In this document: positions 37,628 to 47,214 of the stretch, piece after piece
Position numbering within the stretch: the stretch's first letter is position 1
Layout of the letters: the number at the start of each line of letters is the position of its first letter
From: an uncultured Methanosarcinales archaeon
GTDB taxonomy: Archaea; Nanobdellota; Nanobdellia; Woesearchaeales; ARS49
DNA: 64,000 nucleotides
Assembly (NCBI GenBank): GCA_964572035.1
Contig: CAZNDX010000002.1
Location: 63,007-127,006 of the forward strand
Reading direction: 5' to 3'
Notes under the pieces: generated by a model
Databases searched by the model: none
Told to the model about the DNA's origin: nothing
The model's input: the letters and a program-made list of their open reading frames with translations, nothing else
Made by a program: the position numbers and the translations under genes

Positions 37628-38149
37628 ATGCAAAAAAAGAGCGTGAATTACCTAAAAATCATAGGATACATCGCCCTGCTAATTATAGCAGGATACATAG
37701 CTTACTCTGTCTGGTATTATTTGGCAAACGTCGAAGAAGTCGAATCTTTCCAAGTCTGCTACGAAGATCACTGCGTTAAAACATTCCACATTCATTATTA
37801 CTTGAATTTTGATATATGCGGCAAAGACATCAGCCTGCCAAAAGAACACGGGCCACTTGACGGACCACATACCCATAAAGAATACAATTACATACACTTC
37901 CACGAAAGACTTCCGTACGATCCAAACACTCACGAACTTTTAGACGTAAAACCCTTAGTAGTTTCAGAAACAATGAAACATTTTGATATTCTCTTCAACG
38001 AATCGTGCATTGGAGATTACTGCAATGGAGATTTGTGTCCAAACGGAAAGCCCGGACAAGTAAAACTGCTTGTTAACGGAGAAGAAAATCCTGAATTTGA
38101 AAAATACGTATGGAATGATGAGGAAAAAGTATTAATATCATTTAACTAA
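37628..38149 (+). CDS. Membrane-anchored His/Cys-rich exported protein
   Basis: TM helix; HIH, HTH, IHFH; CIG.YCNG..C. Confidence 0.78.
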   Translation: MQKKSVNYLKIIGYIALLIIAGYIAYSVWYYLANVEEVESFQVCYEDHCVKTFHIHYYLNFDICGKDISLPKEHGPLDGPHTHKEYNYIHFHERLPYDPNTHELLDVKPLVVSETMKHFDILFNESCIGDYCNGDLCPNGKPGQVKLLVNGEENPEFEKYVWNDEEKVLISFN

Positions 38150-38172
38150 TACATCCATAAAAAGAGGAGAAT

Positions 38173-38232
38173 ATGGAAAAGAAAAAGAAGAAAAAGGGCG
38201 AACCTGAAAAGAACGTCTGCGAGTTCTGCTAA
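38173..38232 (+). CDS. Candidate 19-aa micropeptide MEKKKKKKGEPEKNVCEFC
   Basis: GAGGAG ribosome-binding site at 38164-38169; stop 2 nt before next ATG; C-terminal CxxC. Confidence 0.55.
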   Translation: MEKKKKKKGEPEKNVCEFC

Positions 38233-38234
38233 AA

Positions 38235-39032
38235 ATGGCGGACATAAACCTTCCAATAGTAATAGGCGCAGCCTTAATAGACGGGATTAATCCCTGCGCT
38301 TTTGGAGTTCTAATATTTCTTCTAGCATACCTTGCGAAAACCGCCTCAAAAACAAAAATGCTCATCAACGGGCTAATCTACATATTCTTCGTATTCCTGA
38401 CATACCTTGTTTGCGGACTTATATTACTGCCAATAATAAGGTCCTTATCTGAATTTTCAGTTGTAAGCTATTATGTTTTGGCGGGAGTTGTGGCTGCCGC
38501 AGGATTAATTGAGATTAAGGATTACTTTTGGTACGGAAAAGGATTTTCTTTGTCAATATTTCCTTCAGAAGCTCAAAGAATTAAAAAATATGTCACAAAT
38601 GTAACCGACAGCCCGTTCACGGCAGCGTTCTTGGGAACATTTGTCGCGCTTGTTGAACTTCCCTGCACAGGAGCAGTGTATCTCGCGGTTCTCGCCTTAA
38701 TGAGCATGGCGGGAGTCACAGTTGACAACGTAGTTTTGCTGGTGATTTACAACTTAATTTTTGTCTTGCCGCTCGCAGTAATATTGATACTCGTCTATAA
38801 AGGAATGCACTGGAAAAACTTTGAAAAATGGAGAGAACAACACAAAGGACTTATGCGACTCGCGGCAGGAGCATTGCTTCTAGTACTCGCGTTCTGGATG
38901 GTTGAATTCACAATGGCGGAAAGCATACAAGTTCCAAAACTAACAATGATGTTTGTCGGCGGACTTGTAATCGTCATATCTTTGCTTGTTCTTCTAAAAC
39001 ACATAATCGAGAGAAAACATGCAATTAAGTAG
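38235..39032 (+). CDS. DsbD/CcdA-like transmembrane electron-transfer protein
   Basis: DGINPCAF and VELPCTG..Y motifs, YNLIFVLPL. Confidence 0.85.
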   Translation: MADINLPIVIGAALIDGINPCAFGVLIFLLAYLAKTASKTKMLINGLIYIFFVFLTYLVCGLILLPIIRSLSEFSVVSYYVLAGVVAAAGLIEIKDYFWYGKGFSLSIFPSEAQRIKKYVTNVTDSPFTAAFLGTFVALVELPCTGAVYLAVLALMSMAGVTVDNVVLLVIYNLIFVLPLAVILILVYKGMHWKNFEKWREQHKGLMRLAAGALLLVLAFWMVEFTMAESIQVPKLTMMFVGGLVIVISLLVLLKHIIERKHAIK

Positions 39033-39339
39033 ACAAAAATGCAAACCTTGCGAGGGAGGAGTTCCGCCTCTTAATCGAGCAGATGTTAAAAAAATGCTGC
39101 CCAAAGTCAAAGGGTGGACTTTGGTAAAAGGCAAACTCAGTAGAGATTTCAAGTTCGAAGATTTTAAACAAGCTCTAAAATGGGTGAATAGAGTCGGCGC
39201 GTTGGCTGAAAAAGAAGGACATCATCCAGATATATGCTGGTTTTATAACAAAATCAATTTGGTTCTGTATACGCACGCGATTGGCGGACTTTCTTGGAAT
39301 GACTTTATTTTAGCCGCCAAAATAAACCAAATCAAATAA
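39019..39339 (+). CDS. Pterin-4-alpha-carbinolamine dehydratase
   Basis: CKPCEGG, AEKEGHHPD, THAIGGLS.NDFILAAKI. Confidence 0.93.
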   Translation: MQLSRQKCKPCEGGVPPLNRADVKKMLPKVKGWTLVKGKLSRDFKFEDFKQALKWVNRVGALAEKEGHHPDICWFYNKINLVLYTHAIGGLSWNDFILAAKINQIK

Positions 39340-39859
39340 AATCACGACGAGAAACTTTAAAATCCTTCAAAAACGCTATAACTCTCTCAAACAAAGGATG
39401 GAGCTTTGCGCTTTTACTTTCAAGCTCTTTGTTTACTTTAGACATCTGCCAAAATTCGCCCTTAACGACCTCATCCTTGTCCAACTTTATATCTCCACGA
39501 AAATCCTTGAAGGCGAACAAAGTAACCCACATACGCTCGCCACTCTCGTGAATGCCAAACTTAAGAACCTCTTCCAATTTTGAAGGCGTGGTGTTAATCC
39601 CGAGCTCTTCCCTTAACTCTCTAACTGCTGCGTGAGAAGGAAGCTCGCCGGCAAGCACGTGACCTGACAGAGAAGCCTCATAACAATCAGGAAACATATC
39701 TTTATTTTTTGAGCGAAGCTGGACGAATAATTCTCCATTAGAATTAAACACACAAACAACAACGCCGCGGTGAAGCAAATTCTTTTCATGCGCCTCGTGC
39801 CTCGACGCCTTGCCAATAATTTCATCGTGTTCGTTCACAATGTCGACGAATTCGGTCAT
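39332..39859 (-). CDS. NUDIX hydrolase (IDI-1/YfcD-like)
   Basis: LLHRG, GHVLAGE....AAVRELREELG Nudix box. Confidence 0.9.
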   Translation of the reverse strand: MTEFVDIVNEHDEIIGKASRHEAHEKNLLHRGVVVCVFNSNGELFVQLRSKNKDMFPDCYEASLSGHVLAGELPSHAAVRELREELGINTTPSKLEEVLKFGIHESGERMWVTLFAFKDFRGDIKLDKDEVVKGEFWQMSKVNKELESKSAKLHPLFERVIAFLKDFKVSRRDFI

Positions 39860-39925
39860 AGGTTTTAGAACAAAAGAATGGTATAAAAGGGTTTTGGAGA
39901 AGATTTAGAAAAATTAAGTGACGTT

Positions 39926-40237
39926 TTATACGTCAATCATTTCAATTTCAATATTAAGTCCTTCCGGAATAGGAACTCTCATAACCAATCGAAGGGCTCT
40001 TTCATCAAGGCCAAGGTCAATCATTCGCTTGTGAACACGCATCTCGTAGCGTTCCCAAGTCGCGCTGCCACGGCCACAAGGCGCTTTTCTAGTCGCGATT
40101 TTCATACGCTTAGTAGGAAGAGGAATAGGACCACGCATTTCAACACCGGTCTTGTCAGAAATATCTTTAATGAAAGCACACGTTTGGTTGAGCTTGTCGA
40201 TGTCGACACTCGCCAGTTTTATTCTCGCTTTTTGCAT
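39926..40237 (-). CDS. rps10: 30S ribosomal protein uS10
   Basis: [28 protein letters not shown]. Confidence 0.97.
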   Translation of the reverse strand: MQKARIKLASVDIDKLNQTCAFIKDISDKTGVEMRGPIPLPTKRMKIATRKAPCGRGSATWERYEMRVHKRMIDLGLDERALRLVMRVPIPEGLNIEIEMIDV

Positions 40238-40314
40238 GGTTGTGGCAAACTTTCACCGTTAAATTGAAAGTTCGTTTCTTCGTTGTGAATTAATTAAAAT
40301 GAAAATAAAAAAAT

Positions 40315-41592
40315 TTATTTCTTTACCAAGTCGATGCACATACCGACCGCGACAGTGTTACCTGAGTCACGGACCGCGAAACGACCTAGAGGCGGGAACT
40401 CTTTGACTTTTTCAATGCAGAGCGGCTGTATTGGGCGGATCTTTACGATGCACGCGTCGCCGTTCTTCACGAAGTCAGGGTTTTCAGCCATAACTTCACC
40501 AGTCATTGGGTTTAGCTTCTTGGTGATTTCTGTAATCTGACACGCAACTTGCGCTGTGTGGATGTGGAACACTGGAGTGTAGCCAACAGTCACAACGGTT
40601 GGGTGGTTCATGATGATAAGCTGGGCAGTGAACTCAGTCGCCACAGTTGGCGGGTTGTCCGCTGGACCAACAACGTCACCACGCGCGATGTCTTTCTTTT
40701 CAACACCACGGACGTTGAAACCAACGTTGTCACCAGGCTCAGCTTCTTGGAACTGTTCGTGGTGCATCTCAACGGTCTTAACTTCGCCAGTCACTCCGCT
40801 ACCGGTTGGACCTGGCATGAAGATAATCTTTTGACCGACTTTGAGAATACCGGTTTCAACTTTACCTACTGGAACAACACCGATACCGGTGATGTTGTAG
40901 ACGTCCTGAATAGGCAATCTTAGAGGCAAGTTTGTTGGCTTTACTGGAGCTTTCAAGTTGTCAAGCGCTTCAAGGAGTGTTGGACCAGTGTACCATGGCA
41001 TTTTTCCAAGCTTCTTAACAACGTTCTCTCCTGGGAAAGACGCAATAGGAACAACTTGGACTTCATCCAATTTCCAACCGTAACCTTTGCACATGTCCTG
41101 AGCCTGTTTCTTTTGGGCTTCGAACTTCGCCTGGTCATAGTTGTTCAAGTCCTGCTTGTTACATGCGATAATAAGCTGTTGAACACCCAAAGTTTTACAC
41201 AAAAGCGCGTGCTCACGAGTTTGCGCCTGGACACCCTCAGAACCAACGACAAGAACTGCCGCGTCTGCTTGTGATGCTCCGGTGATCATGTTCTTAATGA
41301 AGTCACGGTGACCTGGGGCGTCGATAATGGTGAAGTCGTACTTTTGAGTTGAGAACTTCTTGTGAGAGAGGTCGATTGTGATACCACGCTCTTGCTCTTC
41401 CTTCAAAGAGTCCATGACGAACGCGAATTCGAAACCCGCTTTACCAAGCTCCTTCGCTTTTTCCTGAAGCTTTCTCATTGTTTGCTCGTCAACTGTACCT
41501 GCGTCGAATAGAAGGCGACCTACAGTGGTTGATTTACCGTGGTCAACGTGACCGACGAATACGATGTTCAAGTGTGGTTTTGCTCTTGCCAT
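40315..41592 (-). CDS. tuf: Translation elongation factor EF-1alpha
   Basis: [36 protein letters not shown]. Confidence 0.98.
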   Translation of the reverse strand: MARAKPHLNIVFVGHVDHGKSTTVGRLLFDAGTVDEQTMRKLQEKAKELGKAGFEFAFVMDSLKEEQERGITIDLSHKKFSTQKYDFTIIDAPGHRDFIKNMITGASQADAAVLVVGSEGVQAQTREHALLCKTLGVQQLIIACNKQDLNNYDQAKFEAQKKQAQDMCKGYGWKLDEVQVVPIASFPGENVVKKLGKMPWYTGPTLLEALDNLKAPVKPTNLPLRLPIQDVYNITGIGVVPVGKVETGILKVGQKIIFMPGPTGSGVTGEVKTVEMHHEQFQEAEPGDNVGFNVRGVEKKDIARGDVVGPADNPPTVATEFTAQLIIMNHPTVVTVGYTPVFHIHTAQVACQITEITKKLNPMTGEVMAENPDFVKNGDACIVKIRPIQPLCIEKVKEFPPLGRFAVRDSGNTVAVGMCIDLVKK

Positions 41593-41648
41593 ATGTTAAT
41601 ACCCCTCCTTCATTGAGTATAAGTTAAGTCTTACGACAAAGGGGGTGG

Positions 41649-41656
41649 TTTATAAA
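41649..41656 (-). promoter_or_regulatory. TATA box of EF-1alpha/S10 unit
   Basis: TTTATAAA upstream of an AAGGAGGGG ribosome-binding site and ATG 41592. Confidence 0.6.
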
Positions 41657-41748
41657 CGTTGCGGTTTTTAAGCCTCCTCGGAGCGCCCTTTTAACTACCG
41701 ACTGTTAACAGCAAAACTTTAAGAAATATTGGGGGCGGTTTTTCTTTA

Positions 41749-42135
41749 ATGAAAGAGGTGATTGCGGTGGGAACGCTATTAATAGTGTTATTGGCGCAAA
41801 CAGCGAACGCGCAAGTATCTCCTTACGCAAACAGACTGCTTCTTCCCCACATTTATCCCGGACAAACCATAACCAGCACGGACAACTGGCAAATGGAGCA
41901 TCTCAGCGTCAAGTCGAGCACGGTTCGCTGGACGGAAAACGGAGCATATTCGATAAATGTTGATAAAATACATCTTGACAGAAAAAGTTATACTTTGTTG
42001 ATAAGGGGCAGGCAGGGACCGGAAATAAGATTTATTCCTTTTACAGAAACAGAGCTCGTTCTGGGAAATCAAACTTACAAAATAAGTTATCATAAAAAAA
42101 CATACAAAATCTGGTTATCGTTGTATCCGAATTGA
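41749..42135 (+). CDS. Hypothetical exported protein
   Basis: Signal peptide ending ANA; lies between EF-2 and EF-1alpha on the opposite strand. Confidence 0.65.
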   Translation: MKEVIAVGTLLIVLLAQTANAQVSPYANRLLLPHIYPGQTITSTDNWQMEHLSVKSSTVRWTENGAYSINVDKIHLDRKSYTLLIRGRQGPEIRFIPFTETELVLGNQTYKISYHKKTYKIWLSLYPN

Positions 42136-42175
42136 TTTTTGGAAACTTCAAAAAAATTAGAAAAAAAATTAAAAA

Positions 42176-44371
42176 TTACGCGCCAAGTTGACCCGCTGTC
42201 AATCCTTTTCTCTGAACAATCGCGCCAATAACTCTTGGCTGCAACTCAGCAGGACACTTCTCGAAAGTCTGGTCGGCAAGCGAGGAAATACCACGGCCGG
42301 CAGTCGCTGAACGAAGGTCAGAAGACCAACCCAACATTTCCGCAACAGGCAACTTCGCTTTGACAATCGTGTTGTTTCCTTCCTGAGTCAACTCAAGAAC
42401 TTGCCCACGCTTGTTCATAACAAGCTTAGTTAGTTCTCCAGTAAATTCGACAGGCCCTTCAATCACGTGAATCTGGACTGGCTCGTACATAACAGGAGCT
42501 GCGTCCATCATGGCCACTCTGATACCTTCTCTAATACCTGGGTAAACCTGCGCAGGACCTCGGTGAATCGCGTCTTCGTGCAATTTCGCGTCAACCAAAG
42601 TAACTTTGATTCCAACACAAGGCTCACGAGCAAGCGGACCCTGATCCATAACCTGCTGGAAACCGTCCAAAATAAGCTCGATACATTCAGGCAACTGAAC
42701 AATACCACGAGTCACGTCAAGGAACAAGTTTCCATTGTAAATCTGCTTGACTGAAAGAGCAGTGTCGTTATCCCAACCGACAGCAACAAGCTTGTCACGC
42801 AACGCGAGGTCACGCTTTTTGACGCGACCCTCGCTAATTTCTCCTTTTCTGATAAGGTCTGTAACTGCAGGCTCAAGAGGCTCAACAGTAAAGTAAAACT
42901 TGTTGTGCTTGTTTGGAGTCTTACCTTCCGCCAAATTTGACTTTCTGGTTACAGTTTCCCTGTAAACAACAATTGGCGGAGAAGTCTGAATCTCAACACC
43001 CTTCTCGGTAATTATACGGTTCTCGATAATTTCCAAGTGCAATTCTCCCATTCCGTGCAGCAAGTTCTCTCCAGTTTCCTGATTAATCTCGATTTTAACT
43101 GAAGGGTCCTCCTTGGCGACTTTCTTCAAAACTTCAACAAGCTTTGACAAGTCTTGAGGCTTTTTCGGCTTGATGGATTTGGTAATAACCGGCTCGAAAA
43201 TATGCTTCAATTCTTCAAACGGTTGCTGAGGATTCAAAGTGATGGTTTCTCCCGCGTTGCCAGAAATTCCAGCAATAGCAAGAACGTTTCCGGAAGGAAC
43301 ATCCTCGAAAATTTCCGGCTTAATACCTTGGTACATAAACACTGTCGCGACACGCTGTTTTTGGTTCGCGTTGTTCAAATGAACAGTAACTCCTTCCCGC
43401 ATTGTACCGCTGTAAAGACGGCCCGCGCTAATCTCACGACCTGACTTAGGGTCGATAAGAATACGGGTAATAACGAAAGCAGGCTCACCGGCAGGATTAC
43501 AATTCAACAAATCCTTGCCAAACTGCGACTCCAAATCGCCATGCCAGATTTTCGGAATACGATACTTCTGAGCTTCCTTAGGGTTTGGCAAATGCTTAAT
43601 GACCATATCTAAAATGACGTCGTGAAGCGGACATTTTTCCCAAACAAATTTCTCACGTTCCTCATCTTGAAGCTCGTAAATTTTCAAAATATCCTTGAAG
43701 TTAACTCCCTTCTTTTGCATGTAAGGCAAACTCAACGCCCAGTTGTCACGCGCTGAACCAAACGCAACGCTTCCATCCTGAATGTTGACCTTCCACTTCT
43801 GCGCGAACTCGCTCTCGGCAATCTGCTCAAGCAAGGTGTTGAATTGCGCGATAATCTCGATAAAACGCTTCTGCATCTGCTCAGGAGTGTACTGCATCTC
43901 CTTGATAAGACGGTCAACCTTGTTGATGAACAAAACCGGCTTGACACGCTCTCTCAAAGCCTGCTTCATAACGGTTTCAGTCTGCGGCATAATTCCCTCA
44001 GATGCGCAAACAAGAACCACAGTGCCGTCAATAGCCCTCATAGCTCTAGTGACGTTACCACCAAAGTCAACGTGACCAGGAGTATCGATAAGGTTAATTA
44101 GATAGTCAGCGCCTTCAAACTTGTGAACCATAGAAACGTTCGCTGCGTCAACAGTCATCAAACGCTCCTGCTCGTCAGCGTGCTGCCAAGTCGCCATACC
44201 TTTATCCAACTCTCCTGCTGCAGCTTCGGACATAAATCCCGCGGCAGCAAGCAAGTTGTCAGTAAAAGCAGTTTTACCGTGGTGGATGTGAGCAGACGTA
44301 GCAATATTTCTAATCTTAGTCTGGTCGTGAGACATCTTTTTCATCAATGCAATTCTTTCTTCGCTAGCCAT
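42176..44371 (-). CDS. fusA: Translation elongation factor EF-2
   Basis: DTPGHVDFGG, INKVD, GMGELHLE, PNKHN, HEDAIHRGPAQ diphthamide loop. Confidence 0.98.
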   Translation of the reverse strand: MASEERIALMKKMSHDQTKIRNIATSAHIHHGKTAFTDNLLAAAGFMSEAAAGELDKGMATWQHADEQERLMTVDAANVSMVHKFEGADYLINLIDTPGHVDFGGNVTRAMRAIDGTVVLVCASEGIMPQTETVMKQALRERVKPVLFINKVDRLIKEMQYTPEQMQKRFIEIIAQFNTLLEQIAESEFAQKWKVNIQDGSVAFGSARDNWALSLPYMQKKGVNFKDILKIYELQDEEREKFVWEKCPLHDVILDMVIKHLPNPKEAQKYRIPKIWHGDLESQFGKDLLNCNPAGEPAFVITRILIDPKSGREISAGRLYSGTMREGVTVHLNNANQKQRVATVFMYQGIKPEIFEDVPSGNVLAIAGISGNAGETITLNPQQPFEELKHIFEPVITKSIKPKKPQDLSKLVEVLKKVAKEDPSVKIEINQETGENLLHGMGELHLEIIENRIITEKGVEIQTSPPIVVYRETVTRKSNLAEGKTPNKHNKFYFTVEPLEPAVTDLIRKGEISEGRVKKRDLALRDKLVAVGWDNDTALSVKQIYNGNLFLDVTRGIVQLPECIELILDGFQQVMDQGPLAREPCVGIKVTLVDAKLHEDAIHRGPAQVYPGIREGIRVAMMDAAPVMYEPVQIHVIEGPVEFTGELTKLVMNKRGQVLELTQEGNNTIVKAKLPVAEMLGWSSDLRSATAGRGISSLADQTFEKCPAELQPRVIGAIVQRKGLTAGQLGA

Positions 44372-44384
44372 TTTTCATAACCTC

Positions 44385-44753
44385 TCAGTTCGTGTATTTG
44401 CCGTCGTGACCGCCCGCCGCGACATTCGCGTGATTGCCCTTCACCTTATCAACAGGGAATCTTTTTTCAAATTCCTCCATTGTCTTTTGAAGCGCATTTT
44501 CTGCGTTCACATCGGATAAATATGACATCTTAAGAACAAGATACTGAAGCTGGCCGATAAAATCAGCCCACTCCTCCTTGTTCTTTTGAATCAGTTCCAA
44601 AGACTTTGTTTCTGGAACCCATTTGATAATATTTCTCGCCTCGCCAACTTCCTCAACAACATTCAGGAGCAAATCCTTGAAATGAGGAGTGCTCCACATT
44701 CTTTTGTCATTGAACTCCTTGACGCTGTTTTGCAAATCGGTAAGCGATTTCAT
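44385..44753 (-). CDS. MazG-like nucleotide pyrophosphohydrolase
   Basis: EF...R.W, VVEEVGE, EEWAD, KRFP. Confidence 0.78.
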   Translation of the reverse strand: MKSLTDLQNSVKEFNDKRMWSTPHFKDLLLNVVEEVGEARNIIKWVPETKSLELIQKNKEEWADFIGQLQYLVLKMSYLSDVNAENALQKTMEEFEKRFPVDKVKGNHANVAAGGHDGKYTN

Positions 44754-45322
44754 TTTTTGCGATAAAGCAAAGCCTCATCAACACGCTGGTAAGGATACAA
44801 TTCGCTGTCCTTAAACCAGATTTTGATTTCCTTCTTCGCTGACTCAACAGAGTCGGAAGCGTGAATCAAATTTTGAATTGGACGGCCGCTCACATCTGAA
44901 AGTCCGTAGCTGTCAAAAGCGAAATCCCCTCTGATGGTTCCAGGCATCGCCTTGTTTGGAGCTGTGTCTCCAACCATCAAACGAATTTTGCCAATAACGT
45001 CGTGACCTTCAATCACAAGAGCCACTGTAGGCGACATGGTAATGAAGTCAATAAGCATTTGGCGAACACGCTTCCCTACGGTTAACGCATCATCAGCAAT
45101 TGGCTGACCCTTAGCTTCGTAAGACTTTTTGGTTTTCTCGCCGACTGACTTCAGCCACGCCTCATCATCAGCGTAGTGAGAGCCCGCCTGATCTTTTGAA
45201 GCGTGAACAAGCTTCATTCCGATAATTTTGAAACCGGTTCTTTCAAAACGGGACAAAATCTCGCCAACAAGGGCGCGCTGAACAGCGTCAGGCTTCAACA
45301 AAACAAGAGTTCTGTCGATCAT
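44750..45322 (-). CDS. ndk: Nucleoside-diphosphate kinase
   Basis: LKPDAVQR, PGTIRGDF, NLIHASDS. Confidence 0.96.
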   Translation of the reverse strand: MIDRTLVLLKPDAVQRALVGEILSRFERTGFKIIGMKLVHASKDQAGSHYADDEAWLKSVGEKTKKSYEAKGQPIADDALTVGKRVRQMLIDFITMSPTVALVIEGHDVIGKIRLMVGDTAPNKAMPGTIRGDFAFDSYGLSDVSGRPIQNLIHASDSVESAKKEIKIWFKDSELYPYQRVDEALLYRKK

Positions 45323-45507
45323 CGCTTCTTCTGCTCCCCTTTCTCAAAGTGCTTAGTCCACTTAACGTAACGAGGATTGCGCTTAAGCTTCAGGAAATTC
45401 GTCATTGACTTCTTGTCCGCGAACCACAAAATAGTCCCATCATTCTTGACGTACATAATTCCGGTTCCCGGCTCGATCTTTTGACCGCTAAAACTGCATT
45501 TCGCCAT
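45319..45507 (-). CDS. rpl24e: 50S ribosomal protein eL24
   Basis: IEPGTGIMYVKNDG, RNPRYVKWT; gene context. Confidence 0.93.
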   Translation of the reverse strand: MAKCSFSGQKIEPGTGIMYVKNDGTILWFADKKSMTNFLKLKRNPRYVKWTKHFEKGEQKKR

Positions 45508-45509
45508 TT

Positions 45510-45836
45510 TTAGTTGCCTCCGCCGCCTCTACCGCCGCCACCTCTGTGGAGCGGGCGAGCTTCGATTTCGGTTTCTCTCAACATCAAGATGTCGTCGATT
45601 TGAATCGGACCTTTGACGTTTCTTCGAAGAACTTTATCTTTGTCTCTGCCGTCAAGAACACGGCATCTAACCTGAATGGCCTCTCCTCTAGTCCCGGTTC
45701 TGCCGATTATTTCCTCGACCTTCGCCGGAACAGCGAAAGAGAACTTAGTCTGACCTTCAGACTTAGGCTGTTGGACAGCATCCTGCTTTTTGCCCTCGGG
45801 CTTCCCTTCAGGCGCTTTCTTTTTCTCTTCAGCCAT
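45510..45836 (-). CDS. rps28e: 30S ribosomal protein eS28 with terminal extensions
   Basis: [25 protein letters not shown]...DILMLRETE. Confidence 0.95.
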   Translation of the reverse strand: MAEEKKKAPEGKPEGKKQDAVQQPKSEGQTKFSFAVPAKVEEIIGRTGTRGEAIQVRCRVLDGRDKDKVLRRNVKGPIQIDDILMLRETEIEARPLHRGGGGRGGGGN

Positions 45837-45841
45837 GATTC

Positions 45842-46162
45842 TCAACCCTGAGTCTTGAGCTCTTCAACAATTTTCTTCGCGTCGCCTTCAGCGATAACGG
45901 CAACAGCGCTGGTAGGAACCGCAAGACCTGCAGCGGCTCCAAGCTCCTCCTTAGTTCCAACTTGGAAGCAAGGGATTCCCTTTTCCTTCGCAAGAACTGT
46001 CAAGTGAACAGTAATTTCCTTAGGAGTAACGTCGCTAGCGAACGCAACCAACTTGGCGGTACCGCGCTCAAGCGCCTTAGTCGCCTCATTAACTCCCTTC
46101 TTTACTTTTCCAGTGTTTTTAGCAACTTCAACTGCTTCCAAAACTTTTTGCACATCTGCCAT
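45842..46162 (-). CDS. rpl7ae: 50S ribosomal protein L7Ae (eL8)
   Basis: [31 protein letters not shown]. Confidence 0.97.
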   Translation of the reverse strand: MADVQKVLEAVEVAKNTGKVKKGVNEATKALERGTAKLVAFASDVTPKEITVHLTVLAKEKGIPCFQVGTKEELGAAAGLAVPTSAVAVIAEGDAKKIVEELKTQG

Positions 46163-46188
46163 ATGATAATCCTCCGGAGAACGTTAGT

Positions 46189-46232
46189 CCCCTCATTCAG
46201 CCCGCCTAAAGACGAGCGTCATCAATCATAGG
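46189..46232 (-). promoter_or_regulatory. Putative k-turn structure in the L7Ae 5' leader
   Basis: CCTATGATTGATGACGCTCGTC-TTTA-GGCGGGCTGAATGAGGGG between TATA box (46258-46265) and GGAGG ribosome-binding site. Confidence 0.7.
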
Positions 46233-46275
46233 TTAATAAGAAGACCACCACAGGGGGTTTATAAAGGTTATGGTG

Positions 46276-47136
46276 TTATTTTGAAACCAGAATGCCATTA
46301 TGATATAGGCGCAAAGTATTGCCTTCGTCCCTGATAACTGCGTCTTTGATTTTTCCATTCTCAAACGAAATGCGAATTTGCCCCATCGAACAAACGCTTT
46401 TGGAGGCGATAACCCTGCAACTCTTCCTAATTTTAAGATTTTGAGAAAAAACGTTCGCGAAATTCTCCTCAAAATAACCGCCCTCTCCAACCGAACAGGA
46501 ACCCAAAATAACAAAGGCGCCTTCTTTCAAGTAAGAGCAAAGATAATCGAGCTCCCCTCTTCTTACATCGCGAATATCAAGACGAGAATTGTCATATTTA
46601 ACTTGGGCGTCAAAAAGTTTTTTCGCGGCCAAGGGATCTTCAGGATTCGATAAATTCATCTGGCATTGAATCAAGTCGGGCGAATTATAAAACTCTATGT
46701 TATCCTTGTCGCCGTGGCCGCAAATCATCAAAACGGAAATGGCTCCGTATGTTCCAACTTCACGAACCCTGTCCAAAACTTGACTGTCATTCTCAATCTC
46801 AAAAGCGAAAGTTCTGTAATTTTTCACGATTTCTCCATACAGTCTCTTTGCAGACATTGTTGAAAACGCGTTGTTGTGATCGCTTTTTGGAAGCAAAATT
46901 ACGGCGATATCTCCGTTTTCATTTCGCGCGTTTAAAATTTTCTCAAGATCTTTTTTGAAAAAACGATTTGGATTTGCCATATTAAGATTGTCGTAAGCTA
47001 TTTTTGACAAAACATTATCGGGTAAATCCTCAAATTTATTGTTAGAAACAGAGCAGCCCGAGATGGCTACGGCTCCTGAAAACACGGCAAGGGCCATGAT
47101 TTCCTTGGCTCGCTTAATAAGACGTTCTAAACTCAT
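46276..47136 (-). CDS. Hypothetical lipoprotein, possible His/Cys peptidase-like fold
   Basis: AISGC lipobox; ICGHG and LGSCSVG segments. Confidence 0.65.
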   Translation of the reverse strand: MSLERLIKRAKEIMALAVFSGAVAISGCSVSNNKFEDLPDNVLSKIAYDNLNMANPNRFFKKDLEKILNARNENGDIAVILLPKSDHNNAFSTMSAKRLYGEIVKNYRTFAFEIENDSQVLDRVREVGTYGAISVLMICGHGDKDNIEFYNSPDLIQCQMNLSNPEDPLAAKKLFDAQVKYDNSRLDIRDVRRGELDYLCSYLKEGAFVILGSCSVGEGGYFEENFANVFSQNLKIRKSCRVIASKSVCSMGQIRISFENGKIKDAVIRDEGNTLRLYHNGILVSK

Positions 47137-47214
47137 GAACCTCCTTTCGCTATAGCATACATACGCTGTTTAAGTATAAAAACTCTTATAATCTCAAGAA
47201 TATTCTTTTCAGCG

